Shown here: one piece after another, positions 47,584-57,128 of the stretch
How positions within the stretch are numbered: position 1 is the stretch's first letter
Layout: every line of letters starts with the position of its first letter
From: an uncultured Methylotenera sp.
GTDB taxonomy: Bacteria > Pseudomonadota > Gammaproteobacteria > Burkholderiales > Methylophilaceae
NCBI GenBank assembly: GCA_964400215.1
Contig: CAYNSY010000005.1
Location: 17,943-81,942, forward strand
Direction of reading: 5' to 3'
DNA: 64,000 nucleotides
The notes under the pieces: model-generated
The model's input: only the letters and a program-made list of their open reading frames with translations
Databases searched by the model: none
Told to the model about the DNA's origin: nothing
Position numbers and translations under genes: made by a program

Positions 47584-48246
47584 TTGTCCTTTGATTTAAC
47601 AAATTATAAAACCTTGGTGTTTGATTGCGATGGCGTGCTGTTGGATTCCAATGTGGTTAAAACGCAAGCCTACTTCCGCACGGCCAAAAATTTAGGCGCA
47701 AGCGACAGTCAGGCGCAAGCCTTGGTTGACTACCACGTGCGCTTAGGCGGTATATCGCGTTACCACAAGTTTGATTATTATTTACGAGAAATTGTCCAGC
47801 AAGCCCCCACGCAAGCGGCCGTGCAAGCCTTGCTCGATGAGTTTTCCCGTGAGTTGGAAGTGGGCTTGTTGCATTGCCCGGTAGCCGAAGGTTTGTTGGC
47901 ATTGCGTGCGGCCACACCACAGGCCAACTGGATGGTGTTGTCCGGCGGCGATCAAGAAGAAATTCGCGATCTGTTTGCGCGGCGTAATTTAAGCTCGCTG
48001 TTTGATGGCGGCTTGTTTGGCAGCCCGGACAATAAAGACACCGTCCTAGCTAGGGAGCTAGCCACTGGCAACGTGGCATTGCCAGCCTTATTTATAGGCG
48101 ACAGCAAGTACGATTACCAAGCAGCCAGCCGTGCGGGTTTGGATTTTGTTTTTTTAAGTGATTGGACGGAAGTGGCGGATTGGCAAGCGTTTTGTCTAGC
48201 GCAGCAGATCAAGGTTCTAGCTAACCTTGCTGCGCTTTTGGACTAG
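47584..48246 (+). CDS. HAD-superfamily hydrolase (phosphatase-like)
   Basis: Motif I is FDCDGVLLDS, and a C-terminal GDSKYD motif is present. The start is TTG. Confidence 0.75.
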   Translation: MSFDLTNYKTLVFDCDGVLLDSNVVKTQAYFRTAKNLGASDSQAQALVDYHVRLGGISRYHKFDYYLREIVQQAPTQAAVQALLDEFSRELEVGLLHCPVAEGLLALRAATPQANWMVLSGGDQEEIRDLFARRNLSSLFDGGLFGSPDNKDTVLARELATGNVALPALFIGDSKYDYQAASRAGLDFVFLSDWTEVADWQAFCLAQQIKVLANLAALLD

Positions 48247-48255
48247 ATTAAGCCA

Positions 48256-48324
48256 GCCTTAGCCTGATTTTGGCCTTAACCTGATTTGGGCCTTAACCTG
48301 ATTTGGGCCTTAGCCTGATTTGGC
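48256..48324. repeat. Four tandem copies of a ~17-bp unit GGCCTTA(A/G)CCTGATTT, the last one containing the hemH stop codon
   Basis: Copies lie at 48256-48271, 48272-48287, 48288-48304 and 48305-48321. The hemH stop (48310-48312) and its last codons lie in copy 4. Confidence 0.8.
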
Positions 48325-49428
48325 TAAATTGTTTTGCATGGCTTGCGCACGAGTTTGCGTTAATTTAGCCGCCGCTAGCGCGTCTTTTTCATTCCAGTCT
48401 TGGCTCACCCAGCCTTGTAAGTTTTCCAAAACGATGTTGCTCATGGCTTCTATCCATGCTGGATTTTCATTCAGGGCAGGAATGTAGTGGTAGTCACCGC
48501 CGCCATGGCTTTGGAAAATATGCTTACCTTCTAGGGCGATTTCTTCTAAGGTCTCTAAGCAGTCGCTGCTAAAGCCTGGGCATATCACGTCTATACGCGC
48601 CGTTTTGGCCGAACCTAAATCGGCCAAGGTGCTCGCTAAATACGGTTTTAACCACTCTTGTTTGCCAAAGCGAGACTGAAATGCCACCGTGTATTGCGCC
48701 TGATTCAGTTGCAGGGCCTCGGCCAATAAACGGCCAGTTTTGTGGCATAAGCAATGGTAGGGGTCGCCGTTCGTTAGGTGGGCTTTCGGTACGCCATGAA
48801 AGCTCATGACCAATACGCTGGGCTGGCCGTGCACTTGCCAATGCGCTTGGACGCTGGCGGCCAGGGCGGTAATGTAGTCTGGGTGGTCGTGGTAGCTGCG
48901 TATGCTGCGCAGCGCCGGTTGGTTGCGGGTTTTTAACAGAATACGGTAGACCGCATCCATGGCAGAGGCGGTGCTGCTAGCAGCGTATTGAGGGTATAAA
49001 GGCAGTAGCAAAATACGGTCGCAATGTTGGGCGCGCAAGCTGTCCATAGCCGATTGCATGCTCGGGTTGCCGTAGCTCATGCCCAGCGCCACCGCAAATG
49101 GCGATTTTATTTTCTTGGCTAAGACCTCGTTTAATAAGCGACTTTGGTTTTGTGCATGTACCAGCAAGGGTGAGCCGGCCTCGGTCCACACCTGTGCGTA
49201 TTTTTCTGCCGATTTTTTTGGGCGTATGACTAAGATAATGCAATGCAGTATCCAGCACCAAATAAAGCGCGGAATTTCCACCACGCGCCTATCCATCAAA
49301 AATTGCTGTAAATACCGCCGTAACGCTTTGGCCGTGGGCGCGTCCGGGGTGCCTAGGTTGGCCAGCAAAATGCCAACCTTGAGTTGGTCGCCGTGGGCGT
49401 AATGGGGTTCTTTGTTGAAGTAAGCCAT
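48310..49428 (-). CDS. hemH: Ferrochelatase
   Basis: VGILLANLGTPDAPTAKALRRYLQQFL..LLPLYPQYAASS..SFHG. Confidence 0.93.
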   Translation of the reverse strand: MAYFNKEPHYAHGDQLKVGILLANLGTPDAPTAKALRRYLQQFLMDRRVVEIPRFIWCWILHCIILVIRPKKSAEKYAQVWTEAGSPLLVHAQNQSRLLNEVLAKKIKSPFAVALGMSYGNPSMQSAMDSLRAQHCDRILLLPLYPQYAASSTASAMDAVYRILLKTRNQPALRSIRSYHDHPDYITALAASVQAHWQVHGQPSVLVMSFHGVPKAHLTNGDPYHCLCHKTGRLLAEALQLNQAQYTVAFQSRFGKQEWLKPYLASTLADLGSAKTARIDVICPGFSSDCLETLEEIALEGKHIFQSHGGGDYHYIPALNENPAWIEAMSNIVLENLQGWVSQDWNEKDALAAAKLTQTRAQAMQNNLAKSG

Positions 49429-49453
49429 GGCTAATCTCTTTAAAAAAGGCTGC

Positions 49454-50473
49454 TTAATTACTGCTATTGAGTGCGTTGGACAGCAGTTTGGCCGTCACAT
49501 CCACTATGGGTATTACCCGTTCGTAAGCCATGCGCGTCGGACCTATGACACCTAGCGTGCCGACCACTTGACCGTCGGCTTCATAAGGCGCGGTGATCAT
49601 GCTGCATTCGTCTAAAGCTAGGTAACCACTTTCACCACCTATGAAAATCTGTATGCCTTCGGCGTGTTGGCTGTTGTCTAGCAATTGCATCAGTGAGGTA
49701 CGCCGCTCAAACAATTCAAACAGCTTACGTAGACTGGTGACATTGGTCGACAGTTCGTCGACTTGCAATAAATTTCGCTCGCCGGCAATGATGACGCCGT
49801 CTTTGTCGCTTTGGGCTTGGCTGCTGCTGGCCGCCAGGGCGGCTGACATGAGGCGGTTCATGTCGCTTTGCATTTGTTGCAGTTCCTTATGCAAGTTTTG
49901 TTGCACTTCTTCAAAGGTTTGCCCAGCGTAGTGGCTGTTGAAATAATTGCTCGCTTGCGTCAGTTCGCTAGAGGAGTAGGGTTTATCGGCCAAAATGATG
50001 CGGTTTTGCACATTGCCATCGCTGGTGACGATGATCACCAGTATGCGCGTTTCAGACAAGGGTAAAAATTCTAAATGCTTAAAGGCGATGCGTTTGCGCT
50101 TAGGAATCATCACCAAACCGGCAAATTGCGTGAGCTGCGACAGCATGTCGGCCGCGCTATTGATAAGCTCGTTGGGGTTGGGTGACGTTAAACCGCTTTT
50201 TAACTGTTGCACCGCTTGCTTACCCAAGGGTTGCACGGTTAACAGGGAGTCCACAAATAGCCGGTAACCTTTTTGCGTGGGCACCCGTCCAGCAGAGGTG
50301 TGCGGGCTGGCGATGAAACCGAGATGCTCCAGGTCACTCATGACGTTGCGTATGGTGGCTGGGCTGACGTCCAAGCCGGAATGCTGCAATAAGGTGCGCG
50401 AACCTATCGGTTGACCGTCACTGATGTAATGCTCAACCAAGGTTTTTAATAAAATTTGCGCACGCTTATCCAT
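49454..50473 (-). CDS. hrcA: Heat-inducible transcription repressor HrcA
   Basis: MDKRAQILLKTLVEHYISDGQPIGSRTLL (wHTH), 339 aa, divergent from nadK-recN. Confidence 0.93.
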   Translation of the reverse strand: MDKRAQILLKTLVEHYISDGQPIGSRTLLQHSGLDVSPATIRNVMSDLEHLGFIASPHTSAGRVPTQKGYRLFVDSLLTVQPLGKQAVQQLKSGLTSPNPNELINSAADMLSQLTQFAGLVMIPKRKRIAFKHLEFLPLSETRILVIIVTSDGNVQNRIILADKPYSSSELTQASNYFNSHYAGQTFEEVQQNLHKELQQMQSDMNRLMSAALAASSSQAQSDKDGVIIAGERNLLQVDELSTNVTSLRKLFELFERRTSLMQLLDNSQHAEGIQIFIGGESGYLALDECSMITAPYEADGQVVGTLGVIGPTRMAYERVIPIVDVTAKLLSNALNSSN

Positions 50474-50586
50474 ATGGACTGTATTTTGCCCGATTTATTT
50501 CTATCGTCATACTGTTACGCGCTAAAACTTAGCAAGATAGTACGCTTTCCCTTTGCGCAAAAAGCCATCTGTGATTTAATTTCGGC

Positions 50587-51456
50587 ATGACGCTCGCATT
50601 CAAATCCATCGCCATCATAGGCAAATACATGAATCAATCGGCCTTGCAATTAATGCGCAAGGATTTACTCGATTTAGCCGAGCATTTATCAGCAAAAAAC
50701 ATCCAGGTTTGGATAGAGCAAGACACGGCCCAGCATGCAGCAATTAGCGGCTACAAAACCGCTACATTGGAAAACATAGGCAGTGAAGTGGGTTTGGTTA
50801 TCGTCATGGGTGGCGATGGCACCATGCTCAGCGTGGCGCGCAGCTTGATCGATTTTAATGTGCCTTTGGTGGGCATCAACCGCGGGCGGTTTGGCTTTTT
50901 AACCGACTTGCGCGTCGAGGACATGTTGGGTCAGTTGGACGGCATATTGGCTGGCGATTATGTCTTGGAGCCACGCGTGATATTGAGTGCCACCGTTACC
51001 CGCAACCAAGAAGTGGTGCATGCCAATTACGCACTCAACGACGTGGTGGTTAAAAGCGCATTGCGCTTGATCGAGTTGGAAGTGAGTGTGGATGAAAAGT
51101 TTGTCCACAAACAACGCTCGGATGGCTTGATTGTCAGTACGCCCACCGGCACCACGGCCTATGCGCTGTCGGCCGGCGGACCGATATTGCACCCGAATTT
51201 GCAAGCCATTTCCTTGGTGCCTATCTGCCCGCATACCTTAAGCAATCGGCCGATTGCCGTGCACAGCGACAGCCAGATAGACATCAGGCTGGTGCAGTTA
51301 GGCGAGGCGCAATTGAGCTTTGATGGCCAGTTTCAATTGGCGCTAAAACAAGGCGATAAAGTGACGGTTAAACGCGCGACGCAAAGCGTCTCATTGTTGC
51401 ATCCTAGTGACTATTGTTATTTTGATATGCTACGCAACAAGCTGAACTGGGGTTAA
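50587..51456 (+). CDS. nadK: NAD kinase
   Basis: VMGGDGTML, NRGRFGFL, and STPTGTTAYALSAGGPI. Confidence 0.93.
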   Translation: MTLAFKSIAIIGKYMNQSALQLMRKDLLDLAEHLSAKNIQVWIEQDTAQHAAISGYKTATLENIGSEVGLVIVMGGDGTMLSVARSLIDFNVPLVGINRGRFGFLTDLRVEDMLGQLDGILAGDYVLEPRVILSATVTRNQEVVHANYALNDVVVKSALRLIELEVSVDEKFVHKQRSDGLIVSTPTGTTAYALSAGGPILHPNLQAISLVPICPHTLSNRPIAVHSDSQIDIRLVQLGEAQLSFDGQFQLALKQGDKVTVKRATQSVSLLHPSDYCYFDMLRNKLNWG

Positions 51457-51487
51457 GGCTTAAGTCTAAAGGATGCAAATCGGTTAA

Positions 51488-53167
51488 ATGTTATTAAGCC
51501 TATCCATACGCGATTTTATTATCGTTAAACAGCTCGACTTGGACTTCAATGCGGGCTACACCGTGCTTACCGGCGAGACCGGCGCCGGCAAGTCTATATT
51601 GATTGATGCCTTGTCGCTGGCCTTGGGTGCGCGCGGCGAGGGCGGCATCTGTCGCGCGGCTTGCGAAAAAGCCGAAATCAGCGCGATTTTTAGCATCAAT
51701 GACAACCTGGACGCGCAGCAGTGGCTGCAGGCTGCTGAGCTTATTGGGGATAGCGGCGAATTGTTGTTACGCCGCGTCATGTATGCCGATGGCCGCACGC
51801 GCGCCTTTATCAATGGCACCACGGTCACCGTGGCTCAGCTCAAGGAGTTGGGCGAATTGTTGCTGGATATTTACAGCCAAAACGCTCACCACTCCCTATT
51901 AAAACCCATCACGCAGCGCAATGTGTTGGATCAATTTGCTGGTTTGACTGGCCTGTCGCAGCAAGTGGCCGAGCAATTTAAACGCTGGCATCAGTTGAAC
52001 CAGCAAGGCTTGGCCGCAGAAAAGAACGCCGCCGTTTACGCCCATGAGTTGGCCGACTTGCAAGACACCGTGCAAGCCTTGTCCGATTTGTCCTTAAGCG
52101 CAGACGATTGGCAGCATTTACAGCAAGAGCACATGCGCTTATCCAATGCGGCCGATTTGATGAGCGGTGGGGCGGCCTGCCGCGACTTGTTAAGTGAGGG
52201 TGAGCAGTCGGCACAACGCTTGCTGTCCAAAGTGCGCTACAAGCTGGACGATTTATGCGAATACGATGCGGCATTGCAAGAAGCCATGGAAACGCTGGAT
52301 TCGGCCTTAATACAAGTGGCAGAAACTGACCGCTTCTTAAACCATTACTTGCAAGACGCTGAGTTGGATCCGGCCAAGTTAGCGGCATTGGATGAAAAAA
52401 TACAAACCGTGCACGGTTTGTCGCGTAAATACCGCGTGCCGCCCGAAGGCTTAGAAGCTTTGTTGCAGCAGTCCCAAGCACGCATGACCGAGTTGGCCCT
52501 GTACGCCAATGATGGCGCTTTGGCAAAAATGGAAGCCGAGGCGCTTGCTGCTTACCAGCAAAGTGCGCAGCAACTCAGTGCCGGTCGCCAAGTGGCGGCC
52601 CGCGAATTAAGTGAAAAAATCAGCGCACAAATGCAGAGCCTGTCCTTGGCGGGTGGGCAATTTGAGGTGGCTTTGTCGGCACAATCGCCCAGTGCCAGTG
52701 GTTTGGAACACGTTGAATTTTTAGTGGCTGGGCATGCCGGTGTGGCACCTAGGCCGCTGAATAAAGTGGCCTCGGGTGGTGAGTTGTCCAGGATAAGCTT
52801 GGCGATACGGGTGGTCACGGCGCATAAAGAAAATGTACCCACCATGATCTTTGATGAGGTGGATGTCGGTATCGGTGGTGGGGTGGCTGAGGTGGTGGGG
52901 CGCTTGCTCAAACAGTTGGGCCTGCCTTCGGCTGCTGCTAACGGTCATGCCCCTGAGCGCCAAGTGCTGGTCATCACCCATTTACCGCAAGTGGCCGCCT
53001 TAGCCACTTGGCATATGCAGGTCAGCAAGTCGCAACAAGAGGGCCAAACCTTAAGCCATATTGCGCTGCTTGATCAGGAGGCTAGAGTGGATGAAATAGC
53101 TCGCATGCTAGGTGGTTTAGCCATTACCGACACCACTCGCCAGCACGCCAGAGAAATGCTGGCCTAA
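51488..53167 (+). CDS. recN: DNA repair protein RecN
   Basis: An SMC-like protein with N-terminal GETGAGKSILIDAL, long coiled coils and C-terminal SGGELSRISLA..FDEVDVGIGG. Confidence 0.95.
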   Translation: MLLSLSIRDFIIVKQLDLDFNAGYTVLTGETGAGKSILIDALSLALGARGEGGICRAACEKAEISAIFSINDNLDAQQWLQAAELIGDSGELLLRRVMYADGRTRAFINGTTVTVAQLKELGELLLDIYSQNAHHSLLKPITQRNVLDQFAGLTGLSQQVAEQFKRWHQLNQQGLAAEKNAAVYAHELADLQDTVQALSDLSLSADDWQHLQQEHMRLSNAADLMSGGAACRDLLSEGEQSAQRLLSKVRYKLDDLCEYDAALQEAMETLDSALIQVAETDRFLNHYLQDAELDPAKLAALDEKIQTVHGLSRKYRVPPEGLEALLQQSQARMTELALYANDGALAKMEAEALAAYQQSAQQLSAGRQVAARELSEKISAQMQSLSLAGGQFEVALSAQSPSASGLEHVEFLVAGHAGVAPRPLNKVASGGELSRISLAIRVVTAHKENVPTMIFDEVDVGIGGGVAEVVGRLLKQLGLPSAAANGHAPERQVLVITHLPQVAALATWHMQVSKSQQEGQTLSHIALLDQEARVDEIARMLGGLAITDTTRQHAREMLA

Positions 53168-53205
53168 ACTTGGTTATTTCTGACCTAATTAGCTATTTAG
53201 TGTGC

Positions 53206-53628
53206 TTAGTTTTTAGTGCAGGGTTGTTGCTTGCACATGCCGTAAATGGTCAGTGAGTGGTCTTGCACGGTGAAGCCTAATTTGGCGGCGGCACTTTCTT
53301 GCCTTTTCTCAATTTCCGCATCGTAGAACTCTTCAACGCGACCGCATTTTACGCACACCACGTGGTCGTGGTGGCCGCCGGTATTCAGTTCAAACACGGC
53401 TTTGCCGCTTTCAAAGTGGTGGCGTATGAGTAAGCCGGCCTGCTCAAATTGCGTGAGTACCCGGTAAACCGTCGCTAAGCCGACATCTTCCCCGGCGTTG
53501 ATCATTACCTTGTATATGTCTTCGGCAGACAGGTGGCGGTCTTTGCTGTTTTCAAACAGGCTTAACACCTTCAGTCTGGGTAATGTGGCTTTAAGGCCGG
53601 CGTTTTTTAAGTCTCTCTGATCTTGCAT
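53206..53628 (-). CDS. fur: Ferric uptake regulator
   Basis: LKATLPRLKVL.., HHDHVVCVKCGRVEEF, and 140 aa. Confidence 0.93.
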   Translation of the reverse strand: MQDQRDLKNAGLKATLPRLKVLSLFENSKDRHLSAEDIYKVMINAGEDVGLATVYRVLTQFEQAGLLIRHHFESGKAVFELNTGGHHDHVVCVKCGRVEEFYDAEIEKRQESAAAKLGFTVQDHSLTIYGMCKQQPCTKN

Positions 53629-53713
53629 ACGGGATTACTCACAATTAACAATGACGGTGTTTTGGCTAGGCTGTCTATGTTATATTAACGCTAATTCTAA
53701 TTTAAGTCATACT

Positions 53714-54823
53714 ATGTGTAATTTATCTGCTTTGCGCTACCCCATCCTTTTGTTGGCCTTGCTGTGTGCTTCTTGTGGCACCGCCTTGCCTAGTATTAAG
53801 CCGTATAAGTTGGATGTGCAACAAGGCAACGTGGTCACTTCTAAAATGCTGCTGCAGTTGCGCCCTGGCATGACCCAATCGCAAGTTAGATTTATTATGG
53901 GTACCCCGCTTGTTCAAGACAGTTTTCACGGTAAACGTTGGGATTATGTTTACCTAATGCGTGAAAATGGCAAAATTACCGAACAGCGCCGGGTGATATT
54001 GGATTTTGAAAATGACCTTCTAAAAACCGTGCGTGGTGACGTCATACCAAGCAGCGGCGACCCCAGTAAATCCAATGAGGTGGCGGATAACACCGGCACG
54101 CGCGTGATCAATCCGTCGGCTAAGTCGGAAGATAAAAGCTTGTTTAGTTCGCTAAAATTCTGGGAAAAAACACCCGCAGCTAGCCCTACCCCGGCCGCAA
54201 ACGCTAAAGCAGAGGAGCCCGCCAAAGAAGCTGTAGCGCCGGCAGTTGCCACTGAGACTAAACCATCGACTGACGCTGCCGCTACGTCCGAGCCACCTTC
54301 GGTATTGGCTGTGCCTGTGCTGCCTGAGGCTAGTCCAGCGGCGCCTGCAGTGGAAACGCCTGCGCCCGTTGCAGTGACTGCCCCTAGTGCGGAAGCCGTG
54401 CCGACCGCGGTGGAGTCGGTGCCTGCTCCTGCTCAGCCTAGCGCTGCAGCCGTAGAGCAAACGCCGGCTGCAGTTGAGTCTGCGCCAGTGTCAGCCGCCC
54501 CAGTGGAAGCTGCACCAGTAGAGGCGGCGCCAGTTGAGTCAGTGCCGGTACAATCAACGCCGGTTGAGCACGCCCCAGTTGAATCAAGTCCGGTTGAATC
54601 CGCCCCAGTGGTTGCGCCTAGCCAAGTTTATGATTCGCCTTCTGGCATGCAGTTTGAGCGCAATTTAAGTAATGTGCCGGAAGACATTGCGCCTCCACCT
54701 GCGCCTAAGCCAGAAGCGCTGCCGCCACCTGCGGCCGCTGCAGATTTACCTAAAGCAAAAGAGCTGGCGGCTACACCCCAGCCGAGCTTCTTCGATCGTA
54801 TGTTGGAAAAAATTGGCTTCTAA
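53714..54823 (+). CDS. bamE: Outer-membrane assembly lipoprotein BamE with a ~250-aa Pro/Ala/Val/Glu-rich C-terminal extension
   Basis: The SmpA/OmlA core is LDVQQGNVVTSKMLLQLRPGMTQSQVRFIMGTPL..KRWDYVY. A lipoprotein-like signal (LALLCASCG) is present, so I start at ATG 53714. A long low-complexity tail follows. Confidence 0.8.
   Translation: MCNLSALRYPILLLALLCASCGTALPSIKPYKLDVQQGNVVTSKMLLQLRPGMTQSQVRFIMGTPLVQDSFHGKRWDYVYLMRENGKITEQRRVILDFENDLLKTVRGDVIPSSGDPSKSNEVADNTGTRVINPSAKSEDKSLFSSLKFWEKTPAASPTPAANAKAEEPAKEAVAPAVATETKPSTDAAATSEPPSVLAVPVLPEASPAAPAVETPAPVAVTAPSAEAVPTAVESVPAPAQPSAAAVEQTPAAVESAPVSAAPVEAAPVEAAPVESVPVQSTPVEHAPVESSPVESAPVVAPSQVYDSPSGMQFERNLSNVPEDIAPPPAPKPEALPPPAAAADLPKAKELAATPQPSFFDRMLEKIGF
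54445..54615 (+). repeat. Imperfect in-frame tandem repeats encoding (A/S/T)PVE(A/S)-type pentapeptides within bamE
   Basis: The peptide is AAVESAPVSAAPVEAAPVEAAPVESVPVQSTPVEHAPVESSPVESAPV. The DNA shows reiterated ccagt(t/g)ga(a/g)(t/g)c units. Confidence 0.75.
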
Positions 54824-54856
54824 GGCCGTTTGTTAAAATCAATCAGGTAGTTAAGT

Positions 54857-55666
54857 ATGGCTAATCCCTTAAAAATTGTTATTGCTGGTTGCTCAGGTCG
54901 CATGGGCCATGCTTTGTTGGAATCGGTGTTTGCCGATGCTGATTTGGTCTTGCACGGCGCCTTAGATCGCGCCGGTAACCCGCAGCTTGGCCGTGATGCC
55001 GGTGAGCAATTCGGTATTGTGTCTGGCGTAAAAGTTACCGACAACATAGATGAGGCGCTGAAAAACGCCGACGTGTTGGTTGATTTTACTCGACCGGAAG
55101 CTAGCATGGCTTACTTGGCTGCTTGCCAAGCGCAGCAAGTGAAAATGATCATAGGCACCACTGGCTTTAGCGCCGAGCAAAAATTAGCCATAGAAACCGC
55201 AGCAAAACAAAGCGCCATTGTGTTTGCGCCTAACATGAGCGTGGGTGTGACCCTGCTGATTAACTTGGTGCAAGCGGCAGCCAAAGTATTGAACACTGGC
55301 TACGACATAGAAGTGCTGGAAACGCACCATAGGCATAAAGTGGATGCGCCGTCCGGCACGGCCTTGCGTTTAGGTGAGGCGGCTGCCAGCGCCTTAGGGC
55401 GCAATTTAGAAGCGTGTGCCGTGTACGGCCGTGAGGGCGTTACCGGTGAGCGTGATCCTAGCACCATAGGTTTTGCTACTGTGCGTGGCGGCGATGTAGT
55501 GGGCGACCACACGGTCTTGTTTGCCGGCATCGGCGAACGGGTTGAATTGACGCATAAAGCCAGCAGTCGTGCTACCTTTGCTTTGGGCGCCTTGCGTGCC
55601 GCTAAGTTTTTAAGCAGCAAACAGCATGGCCTGTTTGACATGCAGGATGTGCTGAATTTGCGCTAG
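54857..55666 (+). CDS. dapB: 4-hydroxy-tetrahydrodipicolinate reductase
   Basis: [13 protein letters not shown](T)[13 protein letters not shown]. Confidence 0.95.
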   Translation: MANPLKIVIAGCSGRMGHALLESVFADADLVLHGALDRAGNPQLGRDAGEQFGIVSGVKVTDNIDEALKNADVLVDFTRPEASMAYLAACQAQQVKMIIGTTGFSAEQKLAIETAAKQSAIVFAPNMSVGVTLLINLVQAAAKVLNTGYDIEVLETHHRHKVDAPSGTALRLGEAAASALGRNLEACAVYGREGVTGERDPSTIGFATVRGGDVVGDHTVLFAGIGERVELTHKASSRATFALGALRAAKFLSSKQHGLFDMQDVLNLR

Positions 55667-55730
55667 TGCTTGCGTCCCCTGGCCTGCCTGCTGGGCTTAA
55701 ATTATTCCATTGCTATTTTGCAATACGACG

Positions 55731-55759
55731 TTGAAATGCGAGCCGATTTTCGCTATAAT
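55731..55759 (+). promoter_or_regulatory. Near-consensus sigma70 promoter upstream of carA
   Basis: TTGAAA (55731-55736), a 17-nt spacer, then TATAAT (55754-55759). Confidence 0.6.
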
Positions 55760-55771
55760 TCGTTAATTCTG

Positions 55772-55805
55772 AAACGGGAAGAGTATAACAACTCATCCCG
55801 TTTTG
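55772..55805 (+). promoter_or_regulatory. Leader hairpin plus short U-tract directly after the predicted carA transcription start (possible attenuator)
   Basis: AAACGGGA (55772-55779) pairs with TCCCGTTT (55796-55803) and is followed by TG. Only four U residues are present and some are part of the stem, so it would be a weak terminator. Confidence 0.3.
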
Positions 55806-55898
55806 CGTATCTACCATCCGTTCATGATGGACAACGATTATAAAAATTATTATTAGCTGGCTTAAGCTGTTTTAAGTTAGCTAAAACAAGGAGTTACT

Positions 55899-57056
55899 GT
55901 GTCACAAAACCTGCCCGCCATACTAGTACTTGCAGATGGAACTGTGTTTCGTGGTAGCTCTATTGGAATTTCTGGTCAAGCCAGCGCAGGCCAAACCGTG
56001 GGCGAAGTGGTGTTCAACACATCCATGACCGGCTACCAAGAAATCCTTACCGACCCGTCTTATACCAAACAAATTGTTACCCTGACTTACCCACACATCG
56101 GCAATTACGGTGTTAACGAGGAAGACGTCGAGTCCGGCCAGGTCTACGCCGCCGGTTTGATTATTCGTGACCTGCCTTTAATTCACAGCAATTTTAGAAA
56201 CAGTCAGTCTTTAAGTGACTACCTAGTGGCCAATAAAGTTGTGGCTATCGCCGACATTGATACCCGTAAATTAACCCGTGTGTTGCGTGAAAAAGGCGCC
56301 CAAACCGGTGCCATTATCGCTGGTATGGCCGATGAGGCAAAAGCCATTGCCGCCGCCATGAGTTTGATCCAAGGCTTCCCAGGTTTGTCTGGCATGGATT
56401 TGGCTAAAGTGGTGAGCTGCAGCAAGGCCTATGAGTTTACCGAGGCTGAGTGGGCGTTGGGGCAAGGTTTTGTTAAGGCGCCGGCTAAAAAATTCCATGT
56501 GGTGGCCTACGATTTTGGCGTCAAACGCAACATCTTGCGCATGTTGGTATCGCGTGGCTGCAAAGTCACCGTGGTGCCGGCGCAAACTACAGCACAAGAG
56601 GCCTTGGCCTACCAGCCGGATGGCGTGTTTCTGTCCAATGGCCCGGGCGACCCGGCGCCTTGCGATTATGCCATTACAGCGATTAAAACCATCGTTGATA
56701 CGGGCTTACCTACCTTCGGTATTTGCTTGGGTCACCAATTGTTGGCCTTGGCCAGCAATGCTAAAACGCACAAGATGAAATTCGGTCACCACGGTGCCAA
56801 TCACCCGGTGCAAGATACAAAAACCAAACGGGTTTACATCACCAGTCAAAACCACGGTTTTGCAGTGGATGCCGCCAGCTTACCGGCCAATCTAAAGACC
56901 ACCCATGTGTCCTTGTTTGACGGCAGCTTGCAAGGCATAGCCCGCACCGATAAGCCGGCCTTTAGTTTTCAAGGTCACCCTGAGGCCAGCCCTGGCCCCA
57001 CGGAAATGAGTTATTTGTTTGATCAATTTATTGAATTAATGGAAAAAAGTAAGTAG
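55899..57056 (+). CDS. carA: Carbamoyl-phosphate synthase small (glutaminase) subunit
   Basis: GTG start, [11 protein letters not shown].., GICLGHQLL (catalytic Cys), and HHGANHPV. Confidence 0.96.
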   Translation: MSQNLPAILVLADGTVFRGSSIGISGQASAGQTVGEVVFNTSMTGYQEILTDPSYTKQIVTLTYPHIGNYGVNEEDVESGQVYAAGLIIRDLPLIHSNFRNSQSLSDYLVANKVVAIADIDTRKLTRVLREKGAQTGAIIAGMADEAKAIAAAMSLIQGFPGLSGMDLAKVVSCSKAYEFTEAEWALGQGFVKAPAKKFHVVAYDFGVKRNILRMLVSRGCKVTVVPAQTTAQEALAYQPDGVFLSNGPGDPAPCDYAITAIKTIVDTGLPTFGICLGHQLLALASNAKTHKMKFGHHGANHPVQDTKTKRVYITSQNHGFAVDAASLPANLKTTHVSLFDGSLQGIARTDKPAFSFQGHPEASPGPTEMSYLFDQFIELMEKSK

Positions 57057-57128
57057 TTCTTTGGACCTGATTTTTAGTTAAGCGTATTAACTGAAAACCG
57101 GCTTCTAAAGACTAAACACTGAAAAATT

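Noticed and set aside
50474-50586. Expected sigma32 promoter or CIRCE upstream of hrcA
   Set aside because: I inspected both strands and found no match close to CTTGAAA-N13-14-CCCCATnT or to the CIRCE palindrome, so I make no call.
51978-52526. 182-aa minus-strand ORF (Arg/Pro-rich)
   Set aside because: It is antisense to the recN coiled-coil region.
54445-54615. Repeat region as a possible CRISPR array or other non-coding repeat
   Set aside because: The repeats are in frame within the bamE ORF and encode PVE-type pentapeptides. There is no repeat-spacer architecture.
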